A stretch of DNA of 64,000 bases from Candidatus Nitrospinota bacterium M3_3B_026 (GTDB lineage Bacteria > Nitrospinota_A > UBA7883 > JBPRGF01). The notes under the pieces were generated by a model. The model was not told where the DNA came from. It ran no database searches and was given only the letters and a program-made list of their open reading frames with translations. Position 1 is the first letter of the stretch, and every line of letters starts with the position of its first letter. The stretch lies in the NCBI GenBank assembly GCA_051418015.1, contig JBPRGF010000024.1:98635-162634 (forward strand), in the 5' to 3' direction. Positions 39,353 through 49,635 of this stretch are shown here, piece by piece. Both the position numbers and the translations under genes were made by a program.

Positions 39353-41514
39353 AAAAGGAGAGGGGCCTTTACATTGCGCTGATAAACGCCCATGGCCTTC
39401 TGCGCGGCGACAGGCTGGAGCTTGGCCGCGACGCGGACACGGGGGGGCAGACGAAATACGTCGTGGAGCTTGCCCGCGCCCTCATAAAACATCCCGGCGT
39501 GGAAAAGGTGGACATCCTGACGAGGCTCATCGTGGACGAGAAGGTAAGCTCCGACTACGCCAAGCTCGTGGAGGAGATGGCCCCCGGCCTGAACATCATA
39601 AGGATACCCTTCGGCCCGCGCCGGTACCTGCGCAAGGAGGCTCTATGGCCCTACATGGACAACTTCGCCGACACCATCCTGAAATACTGGCGCAGCATAG
39701 GCCGGGAGCCGGACCTGATCCACAGCCACTACGCCGACGCGGGCTATGTAGGCGCAAGGCTGGCCGGGGCGCTCGGCATCCCTCTCGCCCACACGGGTCA
39801 TTCCCTGGGCAGGGAGAAGAAGCGCCGCCTTCTGAGGCATGGGATAAAGATAGAAAAAATCCAGAGCGACCTTCACATCGGCCGCAGGATCGAGGCCGAG
39901 GAGACGGCGCTGGACTACGCCTCCTTCGTTGTCGCCAGCACGAGGCAGGAGGTGGAGGAGCAGTACAGCCTGTACGACAACTACCACCCCGAGCGCATGG
40001 TGGTCATCCCCCCCGGGGTCGACCTGAGCCGTTTCAGCCCGCCGCCCGCGAAGACGCCGCTCGAGAAGGTGAATTTTTACGGCGAACTGGCAAAGTTCGT
40101 CAGGGAGCCGGGCAAGCCGCTGGTCCTGACCCTCTCCCGCGCCGACATGAGAAAGAACGTGGCCACCCTCATCAGGGCCTACGGCGAGAACGAGACGCTG
40201 CGCGAGAAGGCCAACCTCATGCTGGTAGTGGGCAGCCGCGAAGACATAAAGACGATGGACAAGGGCGCCAGGGACGTCCTGTACGAGATGCTGGCGCTTA
40301 TAGATTATTACGACCTGTACGGGAAGGTGGCCTATCCGAAAAAGCATACTGCCGAGGATGCGCCGGACATCTACCGGCTGGCGGCGAGGACCCGCGGTGT
40401 GTTCGTGAACCCGGCCCTGACGGAGCCTTTCGGGCTGACCCTGATAGAGGCCGCCGCAAGCGGACTGCCCATCGTGGCCACGGAGGACGGCGGGCCCCGT
40501 GATATCGTGTCGCACTGTAAAAACGGCCTGCTCGTGGACCCGACGGACAAGGAGCGGATGGGGGAGGCGATACTGGAGGTCATAAGCGATGGGAAAAAGT
40601 GGCGCCGCTGGTCCAAAAGCGGCCTGGATGGCGCGAGTAAACATTTCTCATGGGATAGCCACATCGAAAAATACATGGAAGCCGTCGAAAAGCAGATAGG
40701 GGAGCACAGGAGAAAGCAGACCCGCCCCATCGTCAAAAGCCGGCTCATCACCGCCGATCGCGTTCTCGTGACCGGGCTTGACGGGATATTGATGGAGGAC
40801 GAGGAGGGGCTTGAACGGCTCCTGGAGATACTGGACGAGGCGGCCGGGGCCGTGGCGCTGGCCGTGGTCACGGGCCGGGGGCTGGACATGACGCTGGAGG
40901 CGTTGAATGAACTGGGCGCCCCCACGCCGAACATCCTGATAACGTCGGCGGGAAGCGAGATATACTACGGCCCGAACCTCGTGGAGGACTACGGCTGGCG
41001 CAGACATATAGAGTATCGCTGGCGGCCGGACAAGATAAGAGAGGCGCTGGGCGAGCTGCCGGGCCTGACGCTCCAGCCGGAGTGGGGGCAGGGCAGGATG
41101 AAGATAAGCTACTATACCGACGCGGACGAGGCCCCGAAGACGCGCGAGATAATCCGGCGGCTGCGGAAGACCGGCCTGAGCGCCAACGTCGTCCTGTCTC
41201 ACGGGTCCTTCCTGGACGTTCTTCCCATGCGCGCCAGCAAGAGCCTTGCGCTCAGGTACCTTGCCGTGAAATGGGGGATCCCGATAGAGAGGTTCCTGGT
41301 CGCCGGGGTGTCCGCCGCGGAGGAGGACATGCTCCTGGGGGACACGCTTGGCGTCGTGGTGGGGAACCATGACCAGGAGCTCAACAAGTTGAGGCACAGG
41401 CCGCGGGTCTATTTCGCCGAGGGCCGGGGGGCCTGGGGTATCATAGAGGCGATGGAGCGATACGACTTTTTCGGAGAAATCCGCGCGGAGGCGAAGGTGG
41501 AGACTCAGGGATGA
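39349..41514 (+). CDS. sps: Sucrose-phosphate synthase with C-terminal HAD (SPP-like) domain
   Basis: HGLLRG..ELGRDADTGGQTKYVVEL, HSHYADA, NPALTEPFGLTLIEAAA; start is TTG 39349 (TTGA overlap) or GTG 39334. Confidence 0.92.
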   Translation: MKKERGLYIALINAHGLLRGDRLELGRDADTGGQTKYVVELARALIKHPGVEKVDILTRLIVDEKVSSDYAKLVEEMAPGLNIIRIPFGPRRYLRKEALWPYMDNFADTILKYWRSIGREPDLIHSHYADAGYVGARLAGALGIPLAHTGHSLGREKKRRLLRHGIKIEKIQSDLHIGRRIEAEETALDYASFVVASTRQEVEEQYSLYDNYHPERMVVIPPGVDLSRFSPPPAKTPLEKVNFYGELAKFVREPGKPLVLTLSRADMRKNVATLIRAYGENETLREKANLMLVVGSREDIKTMDKGARDVLYEMLALIDYYDLYGKVAYPKKHTAEDAPDIYRLAARTRGVFVNPALTEPFGLTLIEAAASGLPIVATEDGGPRDIVSHCKNGLLVDPTDKERMGEAILEVISDGKKWRRWSKSGLDGASKHFSWDSHIEKYMEAVEKQIGEHRRKQTRPIVKSRLITADRVLVTGLDGILMEDEEGLERLLEILDEAAGAVALAVVTGRGLDMTLEALNELGAPTPNILITSAGSEIYYGPNLVEDYGWRRHIEYRWRPDKIREALGELPGLTLQPEWGQGRMKISYYTDADEAPKTREIIRRLRKTGLSANVVLSHGSFLDVLPMRASKSLALRYLAVKWGIPIERFLVAGVSAAEEDMLLGDTLGVVVGNHDQELNKLRHRPRVYFAEGRGAWGIIEAMERYDFFGEIRAEAKVETQG

Positions 41515-43898
41515 GGGAAAGGCTCACCGACTATCTTCAAAGCGCCAGGGACGACGCCTACGCCCTGTTCCGCGCGTACATGGGCAAGGGCAAGCCTTTT
41601 CTGCTGCGCTCGGAGGTCTGGGAGGAGTTCCAGGATTTTGTCTCGCGGGACGGCAGGACGCACATGAGCGAATCCCCCCTGGCGGAGGCCCTGTACGCCA
41701 CCCAGGAGGCGGCCCTGGAGCAGCCATGGATGTATCTTGCGATACGCCCCAGGGTGGCGCGGTGGGAATACGTCCGCGTCCACACGGAGGCGTTGAGGGT
41801 GGAGGAGGCGCCCGTCGAGGATTTCCTCAAGTTCAAAGAACGCCTCGTGAACGGCGGCGACGCGGCGCCTGACTGGACCCTGGAGATAGACCTGGCCCCG
41901 TTCAACAGGGGGTTCCCGAAGCTGAGGGAGTCGCGCTCGATCGGGCGGGGGGTCGAATTCCTGAACCGGAAGCTTTCCAGCCAGCTTTTTGATGAATCGG
42001 GCAGGGGGTACGGCGGCCTGCTGGGCTTTCTGCGGATGCACCAGTTCCAGGGCTCCCAGTTGATGCTGAACCAGCGGATAACGGATGTCCACGAGCTGCG
42101 CCAGGCCCTGCGCATGGCGGACGACTACCTGGGGAGCCTTCCGCAGGACGCGGGATGGGAGGAGGCCGGCTCCAGGATGCAGCAGTTGGGATTCGAGATC
42201 GGTTGGGGCAGGACGGCGGCCAGGATGCGGGACACCCTGGGCCTGCTGATGGACATCCTGGAGGCGCCGGAGCCGTCCACGCTGGAGCGGTTCCTGGGGC
42301 GGATACCGATGATATTCAGCATCGTGATCCTCTCCCCGCACGGTTTTTTCGGCCAGTCAAACGTTTTGGGGCTCCCGGACACCGGCGGCCAGGTGGTCTA
42401 TATCCTCGACCAGGTGCGAGCCCTGGAAAAGGAGATGCGCCGGAGGCTCTTCGAGCAGGGGATAGATTACGACCCGCGCATCCTCGTCGTCTCCCGGCTT
42501 ATCCCGGAGGCCCGCGGCACCACCTGCGACCAGCGCATGGAGAGCATCATCGGCACGGCGAACGCCAAGATACTCAGGGTCCCCTTCAGGAACGAGATGG
42601 GGGAAATCGTTCCCCACTGGATATCCCGCTTCGAGGTGTGGCCGTACCTGGAGCGGTTCGCCGCGGAGGTGGAGAAGGAGGCGGCCTCGGAGCTTCTCAC
42701 CAGGCCGGACCTGATAATCGGCAACTACTCCGACGGGGCGCTGGCCGCCTCGCTCATCGCCGGTCGGCTCAACGTCACCCAGTGCAACATAGCCCACGCC
42801 CTGGAGAAGGCGAAATACCTGATGTCCGACCTTTACTGGAAGGACAACGAGGACAGGTACCATTTCTCCTGCCAGTTCACGGCGGACCTGATCTCCATGA
42901 ACACCGCCGACTTCATAATCACCAGCACGTACCAGGAGATAGCCGGGAGGGTGGACAGCGTCGGCCAGTACGAAAGCTACTCGTCGTTCACCATGCCGGG
43001 CCTTTACAGGGTAGTCAGCGGCGTGGATATGTTCGACCCGAAGTTCAACATCGTCTCGCCCGGGGCGGACTCGGAGGTTTATTTTCCCTACACCGAGGGG
43101 GAAAGAAGGCTCACCGGCCTGCGCTCCGAGCTCGACGATCTCGTGTTCGGCGGCCAGAGGGAGAGCGTCCGCGGAGAGCTGAAGAACAAGGACAAGCCGG
43201 TGCTGTTCACCATATCCCGGCTCGACTACATAAAGAACATCGCCGGGCTCGTGGAGTGGTTCGCCCGCTCGACGAGACTGCGAAACCTCGCGAACCTGGT
43301 GATAGTGGCGGGATACACGGACCCCGCCGCCTCGGATGACCGGGAGGAGATCGAGCAGATACACAAGACCCACGCGCTGATGGACGAACATCGTCTCGAC
43401 GGGCAGGCAAGGTGGATCGGCGCCCAGCTGGACAAGAACATGGCAGGCGAGCTTTACCGCCATCTTGCCGACCGGCGCGGCGTCTTCGTCCAGCCTGCCC
43501 TGTTCGAGGCGTTCGGGCTCACCGTCATCGAGGCGATGACCTCCGGTCTGCCCACCTTCGCCACCTGCTACGGCGGCCCGATGGAGATAATAGAGCACGG
43601 CGTGTCCGGTTTTCACATAGACCCCAACCACGGAGACGAGACAACGGAGATGATCGCGGATTTCCTGGAAAAATGCCAGGACGACCCAGGGTACTGGGAG
43701 AAGATATCCGAAGGCGGCATGGAGAGGGTGAAAAAACGCTACACCTGGGACCTCTACGCGGAGAGGATGATGACCCTGTCGCGGGTGTACGGCTTCTGGA
43801 AACATGTCACCAACCTGGAGCGCGACGAGACGAGGCGCTACCTGGAGATGCTCTACGGGCTGGAATACCGCCGCCTGGCCGAGACCGTTCCGCGTTGA
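41511..43898 (+). CDS. sus: Sucrose synthase
   Basis: SPHGFFGQSNVLGLPDTGGQVVYILDQV, IIGNYSDG, QPALFEAFGLTVIEAM; 795 aa. Confidence 0.96.
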   Translation: MRERLTDYLQSARDDAYALFRAYMGKGKPFLLRSEVWEEFQDFVSRDGRTHMSESPLAEALYATQEAALEQPWMYLAIRPRVARWEYVRVHTEALRVEEAPVEDFLKFKERLVNGGDAAPDWTLEIDLAPFNRGFPKLRESRSIGRGVEFLNRKLSSQLFDESGRGYGGLLGFLRMHQFQGSQLMLNQRITDVHELRQALRMADDYLGSLPQDAGWEEAGSRMQQLGFEIGWGRTAARMRDTLGLLMDILEAPEPSTLERFLGRIPMIFSIVILSPHGFFGQSNVLGLPDTGGQVVYILDQVRALEKEMRRRLFEQGIDYDPRILVVSRLIPEARGTTCDQRMESIIGTANAKILRVPFRNEMGEIVPHWISRFEVWPYLERFAAEVEKEAASELLTRPDLIIGNYSDGALAASLIAGRLNVTQCNIAHALEKAKYLMSDLYWKDNEDRYHFSCQFTADLISMNTADFIITSTYQEIAGRVDSVGQYESYSSFTMPGLYRVVSGVDMFDPKFNIVSPGADSEVYFPYTEGERRLTGLRSELDDLVFGGQRESVRGELKNKDKPVLFTISRLDYIKNIAGLVEWFARSTRLRNLANLVIVAGYTDPAASDDREEIEQIHKTHALMDEHRLDGQARWIGAQLDKNMAGELYRHLADRRGVFVQPALFEAFGLTVIEAMTSGLPTFATCYGGPMEIIEHGVSGFHIDPNHGDETTEMIADFLEKCQDDPGYWEKISEGGMERVKKRYTWDLYAERMMTLSRVYGFWKHVTNLERDETRRYLEMLYGLEYRRLAETVPR

Positions 43899-43929
43899 CC
43901 CGGCGCCCCAGCCGGGGCAGGGAAGGGGG

Positions 43930-45594
43930 TTACCTGAGGGCGGCTTTGCCTTCGCTCCCGGTTGTCACGGTCTGCAGGATCTTTTCGAGATCTTCCGATA
44001 GCGTCTCCGTCAGCCGGTCCAGGCCCGTCCTGTTGGCGGCGCTTATGGGTATGGCGTTGTGGCGCCGGGCCAGGTTGCGGACGATGTCCTGGTCGGCGAG
44101 GTCGGTCTTGTTGAAGACGAGCCTGCGGGGAATCCTCTCCAGGCCGAGGCGGCCGAGGACGCTCTCCACGGTCTTCATCTGCTCCTCGAAGTCGGGGTCG
44201 GATATGTCCACCATGTGCAACAGCAGATCGGCGTCGCGAAGCTCCTCCAGCGTGGAGCGGAAGGCGTCCAGCAGGTCTTCCGGCAGGTCGCGGATGAACC
44301 CGACGGTGTCCGACATCACCACCTCCATGTTCCTGGGGAACCTTATTCGCCTCGACATCGGGTCCAGCGTCGCGAAGAGCTTGTCCTCCACCAAGGCGGC
44401 GCTTTTGGTTATGGCGTTCAGCAGGGTGGACTTGCCCGCGTTTGTGTAGCCTATCACCGCCACCTGGGGAACGCCCGATCTTTTGCGGCGGCCTCTTCGC
44501 TGCTCGCGGCCGTGCCCGAGCCTCTCCAGCCGTTCACGGGTTTTGCTGATCCTGTCCTTGATCCTCCTGCGGGAGACCTCCATGGCCGTCTCGCCGGGGC
44601 CGCGCATTCCGATGCCGCCGCGTATGCGCGAGAGCGCGTCGTCTTTCAGCCCCAGCCTGGGGAGGGTGTACTTCAGCCTGGCGAGCTCCACCCGCAGCTT
44701 GCCGTCTTTCGAGCCCGCCCTCTTCGCGAAGATGCGCAGGATCAGCTGCGTTCTGTCGAGTATCGGCAGGTCCGTGAGGTCTCCTATCCACCTTGCCTGG
44801 GCGGGGGAGAGCTCCTGGTCGAAGAGGATCATGTCCGCGTTCCGGGCCAGTGACCTTATCACCAGGTCCCTCATCCTTCCCGACCCCAGCAGGCTCCTCG
44901 GGTGGGGCGTTCCGCGGTATATGACCTTCTCCACGGCATCTATCCTTTCCGTCCTGGCAAGCTCGGAAAGCTCCTGCATTCTCCTTTCCGCGTCGTTTTC
45001 CTTCAGCTCTGAGACATGGACCAGGACGGCCCGGAGGGCGCCCTTTTCCACGCGGCGAGTGTCCGCGCGGGAAAACTCATCCTCCAGCCCCTTGATGAAC
45101 TCGCCGAAATTAAAGTCGACGCTGGAGAAATTTTCGGGCTCCTCGAGCCGCCAGGGCTCCTGGTCCGTCCTGGCCGGGTCCAGGCTTGCGATGTAGGCTG
45201 TAAGAGGGCGGCCTTCGCCGTCGGCGCCGACGGCCATGACAAGGTCCAGCCGCAGCATGGCAAGGTCCGCCAGGTCGTCGCGGGAGAGGGGTTCGTCCTT
45301 TAAATGGGTATGGACCAGGCGCAGCCCCTTCAGTCTTCCCGGGCCTGTCCGGTAACGGCTCAGGTTCGGAATCACGATCTCGGCGGGGGTTCCCGCGATG
45401 ATGTATTCCACCCTGCCGCGGCGGTCTATCAGGACGCCGATCTGGCGGCCGGTCTCCCGGGATATCTTGCAGAGCGTCCCGGCAAGCTCCGGGGTGATTA
45501 TCGCGCCGGGAGGGACTCTCCTTCTGTATATTCTCTCCATCGCGCGCAGCTGCGAGGGCTTGAGGCCCGTCGTGTTCCCTTCTACGGTCCTGAT
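43930..45594 (-). CDS. hflX: Ribosome-splitting GTPase HflX, long form
   Basis: GYTNAGKS, DKLFATLD, DTVGFI, NKTD, ISA; conserved GNTTGLKPSQL lies upstream of the first ATG (45540), so the start is placed at ATC 45594. Confidence 0.9.
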   Translation of the reverse strand: MRTVEGNTTGLKPSQLRAMERIYRRRVPPGAIITPELAGTLCKISRETGRQIGVLIDRRGRVEYIIAGTPAEIVIPNLSRYRTGPGRLKGLRLVHTHLKDEPLSRDDLADLAMLRLDLVMAVGADGEGRPLTAYIASLDPARTDQEPWRLEEPENFSSVDFNFGEFIKGLEDEFSRADTRRVEKGALRAVLVHVSELKENDAERRMQELSELARTERIDAVEKVIYRGTPHPRSLLGSGRMRDLVIRSLARNADMILFDQELSPAQARWIGDLTDLPILDRTQLILRIFAKRAGSKDGKLRVELARLKYTLPRLGLKDDALSRIRGGIGMRGPGETAMEVSRRRIKDRISKTRERLERLGHGREQRRGRRKRSGVPQVAVIGYTNAGKSTLLNAITKSAALVEDKLFATLDPMSRRIRFPRNMEVVMSDTVGFIRDLPEDLLDAFRSTLEELRDADLLLHMVDISDPDFEEQMKTVESVLGRLGLERIPRRLVFNKTDLADQDIVRNLARRHNAIPISAANRTGLDRLTETLSEDLEKILQTVTTGSEGKAALR

Positions 45595-45610
45595 ATAAGA
45601 CCTCCTTGCC

Positions 45611-46120
45611 TCAAAAAGACTCTATCACCAGCGAGACGATGGACTCCGCCGCCCGCTGCGCCGCGGTCTCTATGGCGTCAAACCGCAAACTCTCGGACGC
45701 GGTTATCGAGGGGTTTACCTCGTAGCGCCAGTTCGTGTTCATCCGCTGGCTCGTGATCGTCTCTCCGTTCGATTTGTCTATGTGGGTGATCCTTATCGCC
45801 AGGGTGACCATGTACTCGGTGACGTTGTTTTCCGCGTCGTAGGCCAGGGGCCTCAGGTTGTATCCGAGGATAACCCCGGCAAGCACCGAGTCCGCCGCCG
45901 CGCTGTCATCCACCTTCAGCCTGCCGTCCTTTATGAACTCCTCTTTCACGACGGCGGTGATGATGGTGTCCAGGTCCGGCTCGCCGGTCTTGTTCTCGAA
46001 CAGGGGTATGGAGACCGTTTCTATGCCGGGGGGCAGGGAGCTGCCAGTGCCGACGAGGGCGTAACCGCATCCGGCCGCGAAGGGCAGGAGCAAAAAGAAC
46101 AGGGCCAGCCTTCCCGTCAA
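45611..46120 (-). CDS. LptE-like LPS assembly lipoprotein
   Basis: Lipobox AAGC followed by GY, IPLFENKTGEP, size about 170 aa. Confidence 0.75.
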   Translation of the reverse strand: MTGRLALFFLLLPFAAGCGYALVGTGSSLPPGIETVSIPLFENKTGEPDLDTIITAVVKEEFIKDGRLKVDDSAAADSVLAGVILGYNLRPLAYDAENNVTEYMVTLAIRITHIDKSNGETITSQRMNTNWRYEVNPSITASESLRFDAIETAAQRAAESIVSLVIESF

Positions 46121-46220
46121 GGGGAACCTCCATGCGTTCTCATACTTTCAATATAACATACCGCCGGGCGCGCCGCGCCGCCGCCTTGTGTTATACTCGG
46201 CCCCGGAGGAGAGCCTAATT

Positions 46221-47141
46221 ATGAAGATTCTGGTTGTCGGAGCCGGAGGCGTCGGCGGCTACTACGGCGCCATGCTCGCCCGCGCCGGGAGCGAGGTCTT
46301 TTTCATCGCCCGAGGTCTCCATCTGGACGCGATGCGCGAAAGCGGCCTTACCGTGGAGAGTGTCAACGGCGATTTCAACGTGAAAGTCAAAGCCGGGCAG
46401 CGGGCCGATGACTTCGGCGTGGCGGACGTCGTCCTCGTCTGCGTCAAATCCTACGACACCGAAAAAACCCTCGGCCTGTACCGGGACAACACCGGGCCGG
46501 AGACGGTGATCGTCTCCCTGCAGAACGGGATAGACAACGAAAAGATCATAGCCGACGAGTACGGCCGGGACAGGGTCCTGGGCGGGATCGCTTTCATAGG
46601 AACGAGGGTCCTGGCTCCGGGTGTCATAAAGCACACCGCCTATGGACATATCGCCCTGGGGGAGTTCAACGAGCCTGCGTCTGAGAAGGCGGGGCGGCTT
46701 TGCCGCGTCTTCGAGGACGCCGGCGTGAAATGCCGCGTCTCGGACGATATCTGGCGCGACCTGCTGGGGAAGATGGTCTGGAACGTTGGGTTCAACGCGA
46801 TGTGCGCCATCCTGGACTGCTCCGCCGGAGAAGCCGCCGGGTTCGAGGACACACGGGCCACCGTCAAAGAGGCCATGCTGGAGTGGATCCACGTGACGCG
46901 GGCGATGGGCTCGCCCCTGGACTTCGGCCTGGCGGACAAGAACATCGAGGTCACCCTCAAGGGGGGCGAGGTGATCCCCTCCATGCTCCATGACAGGCGA
47001 GTGGGCCGCCTGATGGAGATAGACACATTCAACGGCAAAGTCGTGGAGCTGGGGGGGAAGACGGGGGTCGAGACGCCGGTGAACCGGGCTATCACCGGCA
47101 TGATCCGCTTCTTCAACAGCCGCCGCCCAGGCGCGGCCTGA
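46221..47141 (+). CDS. panE: 2-dehydropantoate 2-reductase
   Basis: GAGGVGGYYG, VKSYD, SLQNG, PSMLHD...EIDTFNG. Confidence 0.9.
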   Translation: MKILVVGAGGVGGYYGAMLARAGSEVFFIARGLHLDAMRESGLTVESVNGDFNVKVKAGQRADDFGVADVVLVCVKSYDTEKTLGLYRDNTGPETVIVSLQNGIDNEKIIADEYGRDRVLGGIAFIGTRVLAPGVIKHTAYGHIALGEFNEPASEKAGRLCRVFEDAGVKCRVSDDIWRDLLGKMVWNVGFNAMCAILDCSAGEAAGFEDTRATVKEAMLEWIHVTRAMGSPLDFGLADKNIEVTLKGGEVIPSMLHDRRVGRLMEIDTFNGKVVELGGKTGVETPVNRAITGMIRFFNSRRPGAA

Positions 47142-47169
47142 CGCCGAAGGCGCGCTGAAGCCCCGCGGC

Positions 47170-48357
47170 CTACTTTTTGACCAGCCGGATCAAAGCGTCA
47201 CAACCGCAGACCTGCGTCTGGTTCGTGGAGATATATCCCGTGTCGTTGGACGACAGGGTCACGCTGAACTCGTCTACCCTGGTACAGTCGCCTCCCTCGA
47301 AGGTCGTGGTAATCCTGCCGCTCATGACCTTCGAGGAACTGTCGAAAGTCCCCTCGATGCGTATGCTCATCGGCGTGCCGTTGTAGTCCGTGCCGGAGCC
47401 GGAGCCTGTGAACCGCCCCCCGGAACTCTCGTTTATGTTCAGCGTTACCTTCGCCGCGTCGGAGCTTTGGGAAGAGCATCGCAGGTACATGTCCCACGTC
47501 CCGGTGACGTCCTTGGGGGCGCCTCCGCCGTCATCGCCTCCTCCGCCTCCTCCTCCGCTGGAGCTTCCCGCTACGGCGACGGCCGTCAGGGCGGCTCCGC
47601 CCCCGATGGCCGCGACGGTCGTCCCGCTCATCCCGGCCACGAGCGCCGTATCCTTGGAGGCCGCCGCGGCGCTCTCGCCGCCGGCCGCCGCGCCGCCGCG
47701 GCTTCGAAAGATGAGCTGTTCAAGCGACTTGAGCAGCTCCGGCTCGATCACGAAAGGGGCCACCGGCGCAAGGCCAGCGACAACCTTTGTCCCCATCCCC
47801 GGCGGCAGGGTGATTCTTGTCTTGCTCGGGTCGCGCCCCTCGACGAAGATGTCCCCGCCGTTCGCCTCGCTCGTGTTGTAGACGTTGGTCGTGTCGTCCT
47901 TCGTCTCCACGACGTACTCCGTGCCAGCCACGCCGGAGATCGCCGCGCGGGTGTGTATCTCGAACTTCGACTCCTTACCGGAAAGTTTCGTGACGTAGGA
48001 CTTCACCCGGCCAAGCTCGAGGCCGAACACCGACGAGGAGGCCTCGCCGCTTCGCGACAGGGACCGGATCAAAAGCTCCGTGTCGTTGTCCACGAGCATC
48101 AGGTCACCCGTGTCGAAAGATATCTCGACTATTCCGTCCGCCCCCGTGGACACGCGGTCGCCCTCCCGGAAGGGCGTCTTGACCTCCACGGGATACGTCT
48201 TTTCGTCGTCTACGGAGACGTAACTCGCCGCCCCCTCGACATGGACGGCCTCCGCTGCTATGGAGGATTCCTGGGCGTGTGAATAGCCGCCAGCGATCAA
48301 CAGGGAAGCTATCGTAAAAGCGGTTGTGAACGAACGGAAAAGACGAGGGGCCATCAT
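47170..48357 (-). CDS. Exported FecR-domain protein with Gly-rich linker and C-terminal Cys-containing beta domain
   Basis: Signal peptide; GDRVSTGADG, LELGRV, FEIHTRAAISGVAGTEY FecR-like motifs. Confidence 0.7.
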   Translation of the reverse strand: MMAPRLFRSFTTAFTIASLLIAGGYSHAQESSIAAEAVHVEGAASYVSVDDEKTYPVEVKTPFREGDRVSTGADGIVEISFDTGDLMLVDNDTELLIRSLSRSGEASSSVFGLELGRVKSYVTKLSGKESKFEIHTRAAISGVAGTEYVVETKDDTTNVYNTSEANGGDIFVEGRDPSKTRITLPPGMGTKVVAGLAPVAPFVIEPELLKSLEQLIFRSRGGAAAGGESAAAASKDTALVAGMSGTTVAAIGGGAALTAVAVAGSSSGGGGGGGDDGGGAPKDVTGTWDMYLRCSSQSSDAAKVTLNINESSGGRFTGSGSGTDYNGTPMSIRIEGTFDSSSKVMSGRITTTFEGGDCTRVDEFSVTLSSNDTGYISTNQTQVCGCDALIRLVKK

Positions 48358-48606
48358 GGAAACCTTTCCTGCGCGGTTCATGGACAGCAGATTTTCACAA
48401 TAAACCCGGCGTCGAGTCAAGAAAATATCGCAACCCTGCATGTCCGCATGACAGCGGGATCTTTTGGGAACGAAACGGTTACCGCGCTCGAAGCCGCCGC
48501 CGGGGTCTTCATAATCCCTTGACGCGCCCTGACGCAAGCTGTAAAACTATCCTCGCGCGGGCGCGGAGGCCGCGTTGATTATCCCGCTTGAACGATCAGA
48601 GATCAC

Positions 48607-49635
48607 GTGACCTTTTATACAAGATTCATACTCGCGCTCATGGCGGCCGCCTCCTTCTCCGCTTGCGCCCTTCCGGGGACTCTGGAAAAATGGCTCCCGC
48701 GGCAAGAACCCGCGCAAAAGACGGAGGAGCGGGAAGCGGACAGCGAAGAGCCCGTTGTCTCTGATATACAAACAGTTCGGCGCGGCGCCGGGACCGTGGT
48801 GCGCATAAAAGCCACGGCGCCTTTCGAATACATCTCCTACAAGCTCGAGAACCCCCGCAGGATCGCCGTCGAGATACCCGGAGGGAGCAGCTACGAGGAC
48901 GGGGCCATCATCCCCGTGGGGGGAGACCTTGTGGAGAAAATACACGTTATCGACTTCAGGGAGGCCGGCGCTGTCCGGCTGGAGATATGGCTTCTCCAGG
49001 GTGTTGATTACGAGACTTCCATGGAAGACGCCTCCCTGGCCGTCGTTATCCGGCCGAGGGAGGACCCGGAGCTCGCCGCCGCCAGGGCGAGGATCGAAGA
49101 GCAGAAAAACATGATAATATCTCTTGAAAAAAAGGCCGCGGCCATGGAAGGGAAGCTTGAAAATCTCAGGGAGGAAGCGGCCGGTCTTGAGGCCAGGGCC
49201 GCCATCCTGGAGCGAGAGAACGAGCTTTTGAAAAAAGAGCTGGACAGCTTTTCAGAGAACGCCGCCGAGACCGGGGCGGACGGGGCGCGGGACGCCGAAG
49301 AACAGGTCAAAAAAACCGTCCGGGGGTGGCTTGCGGCATGGCGGGAGAAGGTTTTTGAAAAGTACGGCTCATATTACGCGGAAACCTTCTCGCACGATGG
49401 CGCCGGGCTCGGCGCCTGGCTTGAGCGAAAGCGCCGGACCTTCAGCACGGCCGGAAGTATCAGCGTTGAAGTGGAAGGGCTTCGCGTGTCCGTCGGCGGC
49501 GGCGTGGCGGAGGTGAGCTTCATGCAGCGTTACAGCTCCGAAACGTACAGCGACGAGGGGATAAAAAAGCTGACGATGATCTGGACGGATGAAGGCTGGA
49601 GGATAGAGTCCGAGGAGTGGAGGCCGGCGCCATGA
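48607..49635 (+). CDS. Lipoprotein with AMIN domain, coiled coil and NTF2-like (Csd6-type) domain
   Basis: Lipobox FSAC; LENPRRIAVEI (AMIN); WLAAW...Y...F.Q.Y.S..YSDEG.K.L....GWRI..E. Confidence 0.7.
   Translation: MTFYTRFILALMAAASFSACALPGTLEKWLPRQEPAQKTEEREADSEEPVVSDIQTVRRGAGTVVRIKATAPFEYISYKLENPRRIAVEIPGGSSYEDGAIIPVGGDLVEKIHVIDFREAGAVRLEIWLLQGVDYETSMEDASLAVVIRPREDPELAAARARIEEQKNMIISLEKKAAAMEGKLENLREEAAGLEARAAILERENELLKKELDSFSENAAETGADGARDAEEQVKKTVRGWLAAWREKVFEKYGSYYAETFSHDGAGLGAWLERKRRTFSTAGSISVEVEGLRVSVGGGVAEVSFMQRYSSETYSDEGIKKLTMIWTDEGWRIESEEWRPAP

Noticed and set aside
47520..47560. CCT/CCG microsatellite-like run
   Set aside because: Encodes an imperfect poly-Gly linker; no sign of phase variation
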